Assembly (NCBI GenBank): GCA_964368105.1
Contig: CAYJAE010000002.1
Coordinates: forward strand, 1-32,633
Direction: 5' to 3'
Length of the DNA: 32,633 nt
Source of the DNA: an uncultured Staphylococcaceae bacterium
GTDB lineage: Bacteria; Bacillota_I; Bacilli_A; RFN20; CAG-826
The translations under genes and the position numbers were made by a program. Position 1 is the first letter of the stretch. Every line of letters begins with the position of its first letter. Shown here in pieces: positions 1 to 8,886 of the stretch. The notes under the pieces are model-generated. The model was not told the origin of the DNA and ran no database searches. It worked only from the letters and a program-made list of their open reading frames with translations.

Positions 1-377
1 GCAACACAAATATTTCGTATTAAAGTTTTCGTATCTTCGTCGTCATAAATGATAAAACCAGTTGGAATATTTAAGCGGTGTATTTCTTCACGTAAAAACC
101 GCGCCCCAAAGGAGTGGAAAGTTGATAAACGTAAAGTGACCGCATCATCATTTAAGATGTTTTTGACGCGATTAAGCATTTCTTCAGCGGCTTTGTTCGT
201 AAAAGTAAAACCAATAATGCGTGTTGAATAAACACCAATGGTTTCGGTAAGATAAGCAATTCTCTCCGTTAAAACACGGGTCTTTCCGCTTCCAGCCCCC
301 GCAATAATGCGGACGTGTTGGTGGTCGGTTAAGATCGCCTTTTGTTGGTTTACATTTAAATTTTGAAAAGTCTTCAT
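1..377 (-). CDS. pcrA: UvrD/PcrA-family ATP-dependent DNA helicase, N-terminal 125 codons only (gene runs off the left edge)
   Basis: Hand translation of the - strand from ATG 377..375 gives MKTFQNLNVNQQKAILTDHQHVRIIAGAGSGKTRVLTERIAYLTETIGVYSTRIIGFTFTNKAAEEM...STFHSFGARFLREE...IYDDEDTKTLI. Walker A (GAGSGKT) and motif Ia (FTNKAA) are in canonical order. The frame is open to base 1. It is absent from the ORF track because it has no in-window stop. Confidence 0.85.
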   Translation of the reverse strand, partial: MKTFQNLNVNQQKAILTDHQHVRIIAGAGSGKTRVLTERIAYLTETIGVYSTRIIGFTFTNKAAEEMLNRVKNILNDDAVTLRLSTFHSFGARFLREEIHRLNIPTGFIIYDDEDTKTLIRNICV

Positions 378-386
378 AACATAGTT

Positions 387-395
387 ATTATATCA
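387..395 (-). promoter_or_regulatory. Extended -10 element TGATATAAT, 9 nt upstream of the pcrA ATG, no SD (leaderless-type)
   Basis: The - strand reads tgatataat-aactatgtt-ATG. Confidence 0.5.
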
Positions 396-435
396 TAGAA
401 GTCTTAAGGTAGAGTGCTTCAGGTTTTGAAATTTA

Positions 436-444
436 TGATAAAAT
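436..444 (+). promoter_or_regulatory. Extended -10 element TGATAAAAT, 6 nt upstream of ATG 451 (leaderless-type)
   Basis: The + strand reads tgataaaat-aaggtc-ATG. The AAGG is too close to the ATG to act as a normal SD. Confidence 0.45.
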
Positions 445-450
445 AAGGTC

Positions 451-1344
451 ATGAAACTCACGAATTTTTCACGCACTCATCAATTAGTTTTAACGGCTTT
501 AATGGCAGGCATTAATGTCATCTTTGCCCTTTTAAGTAATTTCTTTTTTCCCGCAAGTCTTCTGATAATGCTTTTTTTACCGCTTGCTAGTATTATTGTC
601 GCACTGAACGTTGACTTACGTTATTATCCGGTTTATCTTTTTGGAACATTAATTTTAAGCTTACTCGTTAATTTTGCTCATATCGACACAACCCTTTTCT
701 TCTTGTTACCGATTTTATTAAGCGGCTTAACCTTTGGCCTTTTAATTAAGAAGAATTTGCCCGATATCATCTTGCTTTTAGTTGTTTCCCTCGTTAACTT
801 AGCGGTTCTATTTTTAACAATTCCGCTGATTAATTTAATATACGGTATTGATTTTATGACAGTCTTTGCGACCCTGATTGGTTTTAATAATGTGCCCTTT
901 GGGAAGTTTATTTTACCCGCTATTTTGGCACTACTTGCCTTTATGCAAACGTTAATTACCCTGCTCGTTATTAGTCAAGACGCGCCACTTTTCCGCATTA
1001 AAATAAATTCCGCCTATTGGCCTTGGGCCCGCTACACAAATCTTGGACTCATTGTCGCTTTTGTTCCACTTCTCTTTTTCAAGGAAGAAGTTGCGCTTGT
1101 TTTACTACTTTACATTCTCTTCATTTCGATTTATATACTCATCCCTTTAATGAAGGAAAACATAAAAGTGGGCATTGTAGTTTTAAGTCTTGTTCTCCTC
1201 TTTGCGGCAAGTGGAGTTGCTATCTTTAATCAATTTACAACGATTTTATCGTTGCTTGGTGTAATTTTTGGAGTTATACCCATTGTGATTACCGACATTT
1301 TGTGGTTATATATTAGTAGACGAAAAAAACGGAGTGTGGAATGA
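451..1344 (+). CDS. Polytopic integral membrane protein, unknown function
   Basis: 297-aa ORF that is almost entirely hydrophobic, with about 8 predicted TM segments. The TGA stop overlaps the next ATG (ATGA at 1341..1344). No recognisable catalytic motif. Confidence 0.7.
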   Translation: MKLTNFSRTHQLVLTALMAGINVIFALLSNFFFPASLLIMLFLPLASIIVALNVDLRYYPVYLFGTLILSLLVNFAHIDTTLFFLLPILLSGLTFGLLIKKNLPDIILLLVVSLVNLAVLFLTIPLINLIYGIDFMTVFATLIGFNNVPFGKFILPAILALLAFMQTLITLLVISQDAPLFRIKINSAYWPWARYTNLGLIVAFVPLLFFKEEVALVLLLYILFISIYILIPLMKENIKVGIVVLSLVLLFAASGVAIFNQFTTILSLLGVIFGVIPIVITDILWLYISRRKKRSVE

Positions 1345-1757
1345 AGGATTTATTCAAAAGATTCGGACGAGGCTTCCTCTTTATCTTAGTGCTCCCCTTC
1401 TGGGTAGTGGTTTTCGTTTTATTTACAATTTATGCCGTTTTTTCTTTCCTTTACACCCTTATTTCCACAATTCCCCTCTTCTTTAAAGGTGAAAGTGTCC
1501 TTGGTCCAAGTGAACTTGATATCGCAGCGAGCACTAAATTAGCTAAACAAAAAGAATTAGATAGTTTACCGGATTCTAGTCCTTTTATCCAACCAGTCCC
1601 GACTCAACCAACAATTGTTGTTAATGTCCAAACTCCGCCCGTAGTGGCCCCGCGAACTGATCCTAGTAATTTAATAGAACAAAACGGGGTTATTTACCGC
1701 CGCCTAACAAGCGAAGAAATTCAAGAAATTGCCATGAAGAAGGGTGAGGACGAATAA
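1341..1757 (+). CDS. Membrane protein with N-terminal TM hairpin and Pro/Gln-rich tail, unknown function
   Basis: 138-aa ORF coupled to both neighbours by start/stop overlaps. It has two N-terminal hydrophobic helices followed by PDSSPFIQPVPTQPTIVVNVQTPPVVAP. Confidence 0.6.
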   Translation: MKDLFKRFGRGFLFILVLPFWVVVFVLFTIYAVFSFLYTLISTIPLFFKGESVLGPSELDIAASTKLAKQKELDSLPDSSPFIQPVPTQPTIVVNVQTPPVVAPRTDPSNLIEQNGVIYRRLTSEEIQEIAMKKGEDE

Positions 1758-2467
1758 TGAACTATTTACCACTTCTTGTCACACTTAGCGAAAACGAAAA
1801 ACGAATAATTATTATTCTGTTCTTCCTCATTGTTGTTGTTTTACTATTGTTTGGCGTAATTTACGACGGATTCAAGAAATTCTTTACTGATCAAGGAAAA
1901 GATATTGGCCGCCTCATGGGCGCTCAAATTGAATCAGGTTTTATTACTTCCCTTTCTCAATTTAAAAAGAATGCTTTTCGTAAATCACGGATTACTTACT
2001 TTAAAGAGTTTGGTAAAACCTTTATTGCAATGCTTATTTGGTTTATGATTTACGGTATTATTTCCTTAATTTACCGTCACTGGCTCAATTTGTTTGATCA
2101 AGTTGATGAAGGCTTTATGACCCTTGTTTATACCTTTGACTTTAAAAACATGCCAACAGAAAAGTTTTTCGGAATGAATATTGTTAGTGACTGGCCACCA
2201 GTTCTTCATACACCATTCTTCAGTGCAAAAGCCATTCCGAGTTATATTCTTGCTGTTGCCGCACTTATTTTAATTATTCTCTTTATTCACCAAACGCTAT
2301 CATTTTTAGCAAGAACAATTTATATTCTCCAAAACAGTAAAAAACTCTTTACTAAAGATATAGCGCAGTATGAATTAACAGATCTCAGTGCCGCGCCCGC
2401 CGAACTTCAAGAAAAGGGCATCAATACACCGACTAAAAGAGAGCCAAAAGAAACTGAAACTAAGTAA
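1757..2467 (+). CDS. Integral membrane protein, unknown function
   Basis: 236-aa ORF whose ATG overlaps the upstream TAA by 1 nt. It has about 4 hydrophobic segments and a charged C-terminal tail. Confidence 0.6.
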   Translation: MNYLPLLVTLSENEKRIIIILFFLIVVVLLLFGVIYDGFKKFFTDQGKDIGRLMGAQIESGFITSLSQFKKNAFRKSRITYFKEFGKTFIAMLIWFMIYGIISLIYRHWLNLFDQVDEGFMTLVYTFDFKNMPTEKFFGMNIVSDWPPVLHTPFFSAKAIPSYILAVAALILIILFIHQTLSFLARTIYILQNSKKLFTKDIAQYELTDLSAAPAELQEKGINTPTKREPKETETK

Positions 2468-2609
2468 GTAATACGGCAATTTGCACGCCAATTACCACTA
2501 ATAACAATCCAATAATAATATATAAAATAAGTCGCCGTCTTTTAAAGCCAATTATGGCTTTTTCTTCTTCCGTAAGAGGAATATTTTGACCGTATTTATT
2601 TACACTCAT
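2460..2609 (-). CDS. Small (49 aa) C-terminally anchored membrane protein, not in the ORF track (below its size cut-off)
   Basis: Hand translation gives MSVNKYGQNIPLTEEEKAIIGFKRRRLILYIIIGLLLVVIGVQIAVLLT followed by TAG. SD-like GAGGT sits 8 nt upstream of ATG 2609. The ORF starts 11 nt after the asnS stop on the same strand. Confidence 0.45.
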   Translation of the reverse strand: MSVNKYGQNIPLTEEEKAIIGFKRRRLILYIIIGLLLVVIGVQIAVLLT

Positions 2610-2620
2610 TGCTCTTACCT

Positions 2621-3988
2621 CTAATAATTAATTGAGCCGTAAGTCCGGGCATATGGTTGAACGTCACGAATATTAACAATTCCGGTAACGTACATTAAGA
2701 GGCGATCAAAGCCAATCCCAAAACCAGCATGCGGAGTGCCACCGTATTTACGTAAGTCTAAATACCACTCCAAGTCTTGCTCAATTCCTTGTTCTTTCAT
2801 TTTCTTTGCTAAAAAATCATAACGGTCTTCACGTTGCGATCCACCGACTAACTCACCCACTCCTGGAACGAGTAAATCAACTGCGGCAACAGTTTTACCG
2901 TCGTCATTAAGCCGCATATAAAAAGATTTAATTTCTTTTGGATAATCCGTTACAAAGACTGGACCATTAATATGAGTTTCACATAAATAACGTTCATGTT
3001 CACTCGCTAAGTCCATGCCCCATTTAATATCATTAAAACTAAATTTAACGCCATTTTGTTGGGCTTTTAGTAAAATTTCAATTGCTTCGGTATAGGTAAG
3101 GTGCGCAAAATTACTAGCAAGTAGTGCTTCTAGTCTTGAACGAAGACTTGCTTCATAAAACTTTGTAAAGAAATCAATTTCGTCACTACAATTAACTAAA
3201 ACATGTTTGACTGAATGTTTAATTGTTTCTTCAATAACCGCCATGTTACCTTTTAAATCAGTAAAGGCCATTTCTGGTTCAATCATCCAAAACTCCGCGG
3301 CGTGTCTTGTCGTATTACTTTCTTCAGCGCGGAAGGTTGGGCCAAATGTATAAACTTTGCCAAAAGTTAAGGCAAAAGGTTCAACGTGAAGTTGACCAGA
3401 AACTGTTAATGAAGCTTTCTTGCCAAAGAATGCATTAGGATTTTTTCCTTCAGTAATAACATCAAAAACATTACCCGCTCCTTCAGCGTCGTTAGCGGTA
3501 ATGATTGGTGTATGAACATAAACAAAGTTATTTTTATGGAAATATTCGTGAATAGCAAAAGATAATTCACTCCGTAAACGGAAAAGCGCTAAGTTAGTGT
3601 TAGTCCGGGGACGAAGGTGACTAATCTCGCGTAAAAACTCTGGCGTATGACGCTTTTTTTGAAGTGGATATTCGTCAGTGACATCACCAACAACAGTAAT
3701 ACTCTTTGCTCTTAATTCAAAGGGTTGTTGATTGCCAGGCGTTAAAACAAGTGTTCCACTTACTTCAAGACTCACACCAGTTCTTACTTTATCAAGTGCG
3801 GCAAAGTTAGAAACTTCAGACTTTTCATAAACTATTTGAATACTTTTAAAAGCACTACCGTCATTTAATTCGATAAATCCAATTGTGCCATTATTACGAT
3901 TGGTCTTAACCCAACCTTGGACACTAACTGCTTTTTCCACTAGTTTTTCACTCTTTAAGAGTGCATATAAGTCTTTTACTGTTTCCAT
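2621..3988 (-). CDS. asnS: Asparagine--tRNA ligase
   Basis: 455 aa. Class IIb aaRS with the AsnRS-typical motif FRAEESNTTRHAAEFWMIEPEMAF and the C-terminal GFGIGFDRL. SD GAGG lies upstream. Confidence 0.95.
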   Translation of the reverse strand: METVKDLYALLKSEKLVEKAVSVQGWVKTNRNNGTIGFIELNDGSAFKSIQIVYEKSEVSNFAALDKVRTGVSLEVSGTLVLTPGNQQPFELRAKSITVVGDVTDEYPLQKKRHTPEFLREISHLRPRTNTNLALFRLRSELSFAIHEYFHKNNFVYVHTPIITANDAEGAGNVFDVITEGKNPNAFFGKKASLTVSGQLHVEPFALTFGKVYTFGPTFRAEESNTTRHAAEFWMIEPEMAFTDLKGNMAVIEETIKHSVKHVLVNCSDEIDFFTKFYEASLRSRLEALLASNFAHLTYTEAIEILLKAQQNGVKFSFNDIKWGMDLASEHERYLCETHINGPVFVTDYPKEIKSFYMRLNDDGKTVAAVDLLVPGVGELVGGSQREDRYDFLAKKMKEQGIEQDLEWYLDLRKYGGTPHAGFGIGFDRLLMYVTGIVNIRDVQPYARTYGSINY

Positions 3989-4015
3989 AACTTTAACCTC
4001 TTTGTTTATTATATC

Positions 4016-5032
4016 TTAAAACTCACGAAAATCACTAATTTGCCAATTAGGATCAACTCCAAGTGAACTTGAAGCGTAAATCTTTTCTTCATCTAAATAA
4101 CCGGCAATTTTAGCAATCATCGCCGCTTGATCAGTGCAACACCAAAGTGGAGGAATTGCCGCTTCAATTCCTAAGGGCGGGAATCTAGCCGCTACTTCAC
4201 TTCTGAGATAAGAATTAGCGCTTACGCCTCCCGCAATAACTACTTGAACAACATTATATTCTTGGGCGGCTTTAAGTGCTTTATTAATAACTGCGTCAAT
4301 CGCCACTCGTTGGAAGGAAGCACAAAGATTAGGAACGTTTATTTCTTCTCCTCTTTGTTTAGCATTATTAACTATGTTAATGACGTGCGTTTTAATTCCG
4401 GAAAAACTAAAATCATAACCCTCTTTTAGGGCGGGAGAAGGAAGGGAATAGGTCACTTCACCAGTTTTAGCTAGTTTATCAATTGGTAATCCCCCAGGAT
4501 AACCTAAACCTAAAACACGAGCAACTTTATCGTAACATTCTCCAATTGCGTCATCTTTTGTTTCCCCAATCAAGGTAAAATCAAGATGTTTCTTCATTAA
4601 AACAAATTCAGTGTTACCACCACTTACAACAATCGCTAAAAGTGGAAATTTTAATGGGGTAACGTATTCCGCTGCATAAATATGGGCTGCTAAATGATGG
4701 ACCGGAATAAGCGGCTTATTATAAAGAAGCGCTAAAGTTTTTGCGGCTTGAAGTCCAACATGAAGTGCGCCAATTAAGCCTGGTCCGCGTGTTACGGCAA
4801 AGCGATCAACTTCGCTAAGTTTAACTCCTGCAGTTTTAAGCGCACGCTCTAAAGTATAAACAATATTTTCAGTGTGAAGGCGTGAGGCTAATTCAGGCAT
4901 AACGCCACCATATTCTTGGTGCATGGCGATTTGGCTACTAACAGCGTTACTTAAAAGCTTGTCGCCACGCATAATTGCCACTGCGGTTTCGTCACAACTA
5001 GATTCAATTGCTAAAATTACTTGCTCTTTCAT
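4016..5032 (-). CDS. tsaD: tRNA N6-adenosine threonylcarbamoyltransferase TsaD (Kae1/Gcp family)
   Basis: 338 aa. N-terminus ILAIESSCDETAVAI, plus GVMPELASRLH and HHLAAHIY metal-site motifs. It lies in a tsaE-tsaB-rimI-tsaD arrangement. Confidence 0.95.
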   Translation of the reverse strand: MKEQVILAIESSCDETAVAIMRGDKLLSNAVSSQIAMHQEYGGVMPELASRLHTENIVYTLERALKTAGVKLSEVDRFAVTRGPGLIGALHVGLQAAKTLALLYNKPLIPVHHLAAHIYAAEYVTPLKFPLLAIVVSGGNTEFVLMKKHLDFTLIGETKDDAIGECYDKVARVLGLGYPGGLPIDKLAKTGEVTYSLPSPALKEGYDFSFSGIKTHVINIVNNAKQRGEEINVPNLCASFQRVAIDAVINKALKAAQEYNVVQVVIAGGVSANSYLRSEVAARFPPLGIEAAIPPLWCCTDQAAMIAKIAGYLDEEKIYASSSLGVDPNWQISDFREF

Positions 5033-5484
5033 TCTCTAATTACCTTCACCATATAGTAAGCATCGTCACCATTAATGTAAAATCCTCGTTTAGTTGTAAT
5101 AATATGAAAACCATGACTTAAATATAAATTAATTGCTGGTTCGTTCTTTGTTCTCACTTCAAGTGTGATAGCTCGTACTTCTTCAAGGCTACTAATTACT
5201 TCAAGAAAGTGTTCCATTAACAGGGTGCCAAGTTTCTTTCCTTGAAGCGCGGGGTGAATCGCAAACTGAACAATTGAGACACTATCAAAAGTTATCCAAA
5301 AATGACAATAACCAATTACGACTTCGGCGTATGTCAAAATAAAAAAATGAGCGAGTTCATTTTCTAATTCGGTCGTGTAAGATTCTATCGGCCACGGATC
5401 AGGAAAAACTAGCCGCGCAATAGCGTCAACCGCGGAAATATCCTCTTTTGTCATAGGCCGAATAATTAGTTTCTTTTCTTCCAT
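5029..5484 (-). CDS. rimI: GNAT N-acetyltransferase, ribosomal-protein-alanine acetyltransferase RimI type
   Basis: 151 aa. GNAT acetyl-CoA motif QGKKLGTLLM. Canonical position between tsaB and tsaD, with a 4-nt overlap with tsaD. Confidence 0.85.
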   Translation of the reverse strand: MEEKKLIIRPMTKEDISAVDAIARLVFPDPWPIESYTTELENELAHFFILTYAEVVIGYCHFWITFDSVSIVQFAIHPALQGKKLGTLLMEHFLEVISSLEEVRAITLEVRTKNEPAINLYLSHGFHIITTKRGFYINGDDAYYMVKVIRE

Positions 5485-5487
5485 AAA

Positions 5488-6069
5488 TTATCCTTTTAAG
5501 TACACTGGTTTAAAGGAGAGTACATCCTCCACAAGTGTTTCAGCCTTTCGTTCGAGGAGCATATTAGAAAAGCGGTCAAATTCAGCGCTTTTTACATTTA
5601 AATGGGCACATTCACCGGCAATAACGTAGTCTTTTTCGTTTGCAAACTTTAAAATGTCTTCATTCTTCATAATTAAATCAGCGGCAAAATGCGCGTCTTT
5701 TTCATAAATGCCAACGTAGGAGCGCCCGTTACGAGCATCAAGAACCGAGAGTGTTTTTCTGTCTTTTACTTTATAAACACTTAAGCTTGAAACAGCGTAA
5801 AGTGGAATGTTTAAGCTGTAGGCCATGACTTTAGCAATCGTGACGGCGATCCGGACACCAGTAAAAGAACCGGGACCTTTAGTAACTATTACTTCATTAA
5901 TATCTTGCGGATTAATCTTGTTAGCACTAAGCATTTCTTGAATGCGCAAAGTTAAAAGTTCGCTTTGACGTTGAAAAGCGGCTTCTTCAAGAGAAGCAAT
6001 AATTTGTCCGTTACGCGCTAAAGCAAGCGCCATAACTTTACTTGAAGAATCTAAAAGTAAACTAATCAT
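5488..6069 (-). CDS. tsaB: tRNA threonylcarbamoyladenosine biosynthesis protein TsaB
   Basis: 193 aa. Has ILLDSSS...VTKGPGSFTGVRIAVTIAK, typical of the TsaB/YeaZ family. Overlaps tsaE by 4 nt. Confidence 0.9.
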   Translation of the reverse strand: MISLLLDSSSKVMALALARNGQIIASLEEAAFQRQSELLTLRIQEMLSANKINPQDINEVIVTKGPGSFTGVRIAVTIAKVMAYSLNIPLYAVSSLSVYKVKDRKTLSVLDARNGRSYVGIYEKDAHFAADLIMKNEDILKFANEKDYVIAGECAHLNVKSAEFDRFSNMLLERKAETLVEDVLSFKPVYLKG

Positions 6070-6524
6070 AAAGCTTTGATTAACTCCTTAATGAGACTCT
6101 CATAGCGTCCCTTACTTTCAAGGACAATATTGCGCTTTTCTAACTCAAGATGGGTAATAGTTATCGTTAAATATTCGTTTGGTAATAATTTAGCAATGTA
6201 GTCTGGCCACTCAATGACACTAACGCCTTCAGTGGCAATATATTCGTCGAGCCCAATATCGTCATCATTATCCGCTAAGCGATAAGCGTCAATATGAAAA
6301 AGGGGAATCCGACCATTTAGATAAATTTTAAGAATGTTAAAAGTAGGACTATTAACTTTTTCACCGACATTAAGTCCTTCAGCAATGCCTTTAGTTAGGG
6401 TTGTTTTTCCTGCTCCTAAGTCACCTTTAAGTAAAATAACGTCGCCTTCACGCAAAATAGCCGCTAGTTTTTGACCAACTTCTTTTGTTTCAAGAGCACT
6501 ATGGGTAATAAATTCATATCTCAT
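6066..6524 (-). CDS. tsaE: tRNA t6A biosynthesis ATPase TsaE
   Basis: 152 aa. Has P-loop GDLGAGKTTLTKG and PTFNI...HIDAYRL motifs. Confidence 0.9.
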   Translation of the reverse strand: MRYEFITHSALETKEVGQKLAAILREGDVILLKGDLGAGKTTLTKGIAEGLNVGEKVNSPTFNILKIYLNGRIPLFHIDAYRLADNDDDIGLDEYIATEGVSVIEWPDYIAKLLPNEYLTITITHLELEKRNIVLESKGRYESLIKELIKAL

Positions 6525-6533
6525 AACGCCAAA

Positions 6534-6542
6534 ATTATAGCA
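6534..6542 (-). promoter_or_regulatory. Extended -10 element TGCTATAAT, 9 nt upstream of the tsaE ATG, no SD (leaderless-type)
   Basis: The - strand reads tgctataat-tttggcgtt-ATG. Confidence 0.5.
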
Positions 6543-6574
6543 CGATTAAGTAATAATCGTTACTTAAAACCTTA

Positions 6575-7108
6575 CTAATCTTTATCTTCAGTTTCACGTT
6601 TAAAGACTTCGAAATAGCGGACTACTTCACTATCAATAAACGGGAAAATATTATTGTTAATCATCTCTACAATTTGATTTTGTTTAAAATCGATAATTTT
6701 AACTAAATCGTCGCTATATTGATAATGTTTAATGTGTCGTTCGTATTCTTTCTTATCAAGAAAACGGATCGCACTGTCACTATAACGTTTAATATCTAAA
6801 TCGTAATCAATGTACTTAGCAATCCCGGATTCAATAATGGTCGGGGAAGCAATATTTGTATAGAAAACAATGCCGCTTTCTTTAAGCATCGCAATAACGT
6901 TGTACCAATTTTTCTTACTAAAAAAGGAGACTGCTGGTTCTTTTGTATACCACCGACGACCGTTACCTTCTACTACTTGGGTACGGCGCGAGGCGACTAT
7001 TAACCAATCTTCGTCATTTTGTAATATGAATGAGCGACGCCAAAAACGATGGAGTCCTCCATCGTGTTTATAGCTTTGGATTTTAATCCACTTATCTGTA
7101 GTATCCAT
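6575..7108 (-). CDS. DUF402 (YgaC/Ntdp-like) nucleoside tri-/diphosphatase family protein
   Basis: 177 aa. IKIQSYKHDGGLHRFW...YTNIASP...IDYDLDIK is typical of the UPF0374/DUF402 family. Confidence 0.75.
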   Translation of the reverse strand: MDTTDKWIKIQSYKHDGGLHRFWRRSFILQNDEDWLIVASRRTQVVEGNGRRWYTKEPAVSFFSKKNWYNVIAMLKESGIVFYTNIASPTIIESGIAKYIDYDLDIKRYSDSAIRFLDKKEYERHIKHYQYSDDLVKIIDFKQNQIVEMINNNIFPFIDSEVVRYFEVFKRETEDKD

Positions 7109-7135
7109 AAAACACCTAACCTTGATAGATGTCTT

Positions 7136-7144
7136 ATTTTAGCA
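7136..7144 (-). promoter_or_regulatory. Extended -10-like element TGCTAAAAT upstream of the DUF402 gene (normal leader with SD)
   Basis: The - strand reads tgctaaaat...aaggttaggtgtttt-ATG. Confidence 0.4.
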
Positions 7145-7161
7145 TAGAAATTATGTTTTTT

Positions 7162-8190
7162 TTACTTTAATAGAGTAAAAAAGGCATTTAGAACCGTTAC
7201 GTCATCCGCATATTTATGAATTGCGGCGACCGGAACTGGTTCTTTATAAGGAACAACCATTAAATCACTACCATAAGATAGTGTGACCGCAACTTTATTT
7301 TCGTAAATTGAAACTAATACATCTGCGAGTTGATTGCTTGGTTTTACTTCTAAAAGTTTCGCTAAAGCTTCTTTATTTAAGAATTTAGCGGTTTTAGCGT
7401 CCGTTGCGTAAATGGTGTAATTTGGGTCGTCACTTATTACTTCGAGATCTTCAATGTCATCTGGTCCTTTTCCGTCTTTAAAGAAGTTTGGATCTGGTTT
7501 TAAGTAAACGATAATCCGTCCATCAATCGATTTATCACGTGAAGCACTAAGGAATTTGCCGTGAAAGGCAGCAGTTGCTCTTTTTCCGTCAGGACGGTAA
7601 GCAACAAAATCCGCTAAACTGACATTCCAGTGACCAATGTCATAACGCATTAAATTACGTGAATTAGTGTTAACGATATCTTTTAAGATTCGGGCTTTAA
7701 TAAAATCGTCACTTTCAATCAAAGCATTAAAATCATAAACATAATTTTCAAATTCACTATTGTCTAAAACAATCCGATTTAATTCACGATTGTAACTGTC
7801 CATATATAGACGGACTTTCGCGGTAATCTTTTTACGATGAAAATTATTAAAAACGGTTGAACCGATTAAAGCGACAATAATTGGCACTATTCCCGCCCAT
7901 TGGTTAATCTTAAATAACCAAACATAAGAGACAACAACCACTACGATCATTAAAGCAACAACAATATAGCTCACAAATTGCGACTTTTTATATGTTTTAA
8001 CAAAAGCGGCTTTCTCTGCTTCTAAACTTTCAATTGGTGGGAACTCTTCAACAACAGTGTTATCGCCTTCTTCCATATGTGATTCGGCTTGAATTACTTC
8101 AAGATTATCTATGTTTGTTTCAACTACTTCTGCTTCAACATCTTTTTCTTCAACGACATCGATGTCTTTTTCTAAGTCTTTTTCGTCCAT
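7162..8190 (-). CDS. Membrane protein with an acidic N-terminus, unknown function
   Basis: 342 aa. A D/E-rich N-terminus of about 65 aa is followed by two adjacent hydrophobic helices (about aa 73-115) and a soluble C-terminal domain of about 225 aa. SD GAGGGA. Starts 8 nt after the Sel1 gene stop. Confidence 0.65.
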   Translation of the reverse strand: MDEKDLEKDIDVVEEKDVEAEVVETNIDNLEVIQAESHMEEGDNTVVEEFPPIESLEAEKAAFVKTYKKSQFVSYIVVALMIVVVVVSYVWLFKINQWAGIVPIIVALIGSTVFNNFHRKKITAKVRLYMDSYNRELNRIVLDNSEFENYVYDFNALIESDDFIKARILKDIVNTNSRNLMRYDIGHWNVSLADFVAYRPDGKRATAAFHGKFLSASRDKSIDGRIIVYLKPDPNFFKDGKGPDDIEDLEVISDDPNYTIYATDAKTAKFLNKEALAKLLEVKPSNQLADVLVSIYENKVAVTLSYGSDLMVVPYKEPVPVAAIHKYADDVTVLNAFFTLLK

Positions 8191-8198
8191 TTTTCCCT

Positions 8199-8837
8199 CT
8201 ATTCTATATCTCGTAATAACCGCGCGGCTGTTCGGTCGCCTTTACGCGCTGCTCTACCTAAATATTCTTTTGCTTTTTCTTTATCTCGTAAGAGACCTCG
8301 GCCTTCTAAGTAACCACGACCAACTTCGACCTCCGCTTTAATATACCCTAAATTCGCGGCTTTTTCATAAAATGTGAATGCTTTTGTAACATCAATTTGT
8401 ACACCAAGGCCAAATTCATGAAAATAGCCGATTTTATAAAGTGCTTTAGCAAATTTTTGCTCTGCGGCTTTATGGTACCACTCAAGCGCTAATTGGTAAT
8501 TTTGCGGAACAACTGTTCCCCGTTCGTAGGCAATTCCCATATTATACTGGGCGGCATCATGCCCTTTAAGAGCTCCACTTTGAAAGTATTCAAAGCCTTT
8601 CATTTTATCTTCAGGGACACCTTTGCCATAAAAATAGCAAAACCCTAAAACAGTATCGGCAGGGGCGTAACCCATTTTTTCAGACTTGCGTGCAAGGTCA
8701 AGTCCGCGTTTATTATCTTCAGCGATTCCTTCACCTTGGACTAGGCGTCGGGCTAATTCATGTAGCGCTGCCGGATCATCAGTTAAAATTAAACGTTCCA
8801 ATTCTTGGTTTGTCTTTTTTGTGTAATTTAAAATCAT
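8199..8837 (-). CDS. Sel1-like (SLR) tetratricopeptide repeat protein
   Basis: 212 aa. Repeated units of about 36 aa of the type A.LG..Y..G.GV..D...A..W/Y..KAA..G...A. No signal peptide visible. Confidence 0.85.
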   Translation of the reverse strand: MILNYTKKTNQELERLILTDDPAALHELARRLVQGEGIAEDNKRGLDLARKSEKMGYAPADTVLGFCYFYGKGVPEDKMKGFEYFQSGALKGHDAAQYNMGIAYERGTVVPQNYQLALEWYHKAAEQKFAKALYKIGYFHEFGLGVQIDVTKAFTFYEKAANLGYIKAEVEVGRGYLEGRGLLRDKEKAKEYLGRAARKGDRTAARLLRDIE

Positions 8838-8886
8838 TTTCCTATCCCCTTTTTAGTATAACATACTAAAGGAGCGGGTTGTTATT

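Noticed and set aside
49-231. 60-aa + strand ORF from the track
   Set aside because: It lies fully antisense within the well-supported pcrA/uvrD N-terminal coding frame. It has no SD and a basic, low-complexity product.
6547-6566. Hairpin TAAGTAA-taatcg-TTACTTA between the DUF402 gene and tsaE
   Set aside because: It is only 7 AU-rich bp with no U-tract on the - strand, so it is not convincing as a terminator.
8848-8874. Hairpin between thiT and the Sel1 gene
   Set aside because: On the transcribed (-) strand only about 8 A-U-rich pairs form, and no U-tract follows. It also overlaps the Sel1 SD region. I do not call it a terminator.
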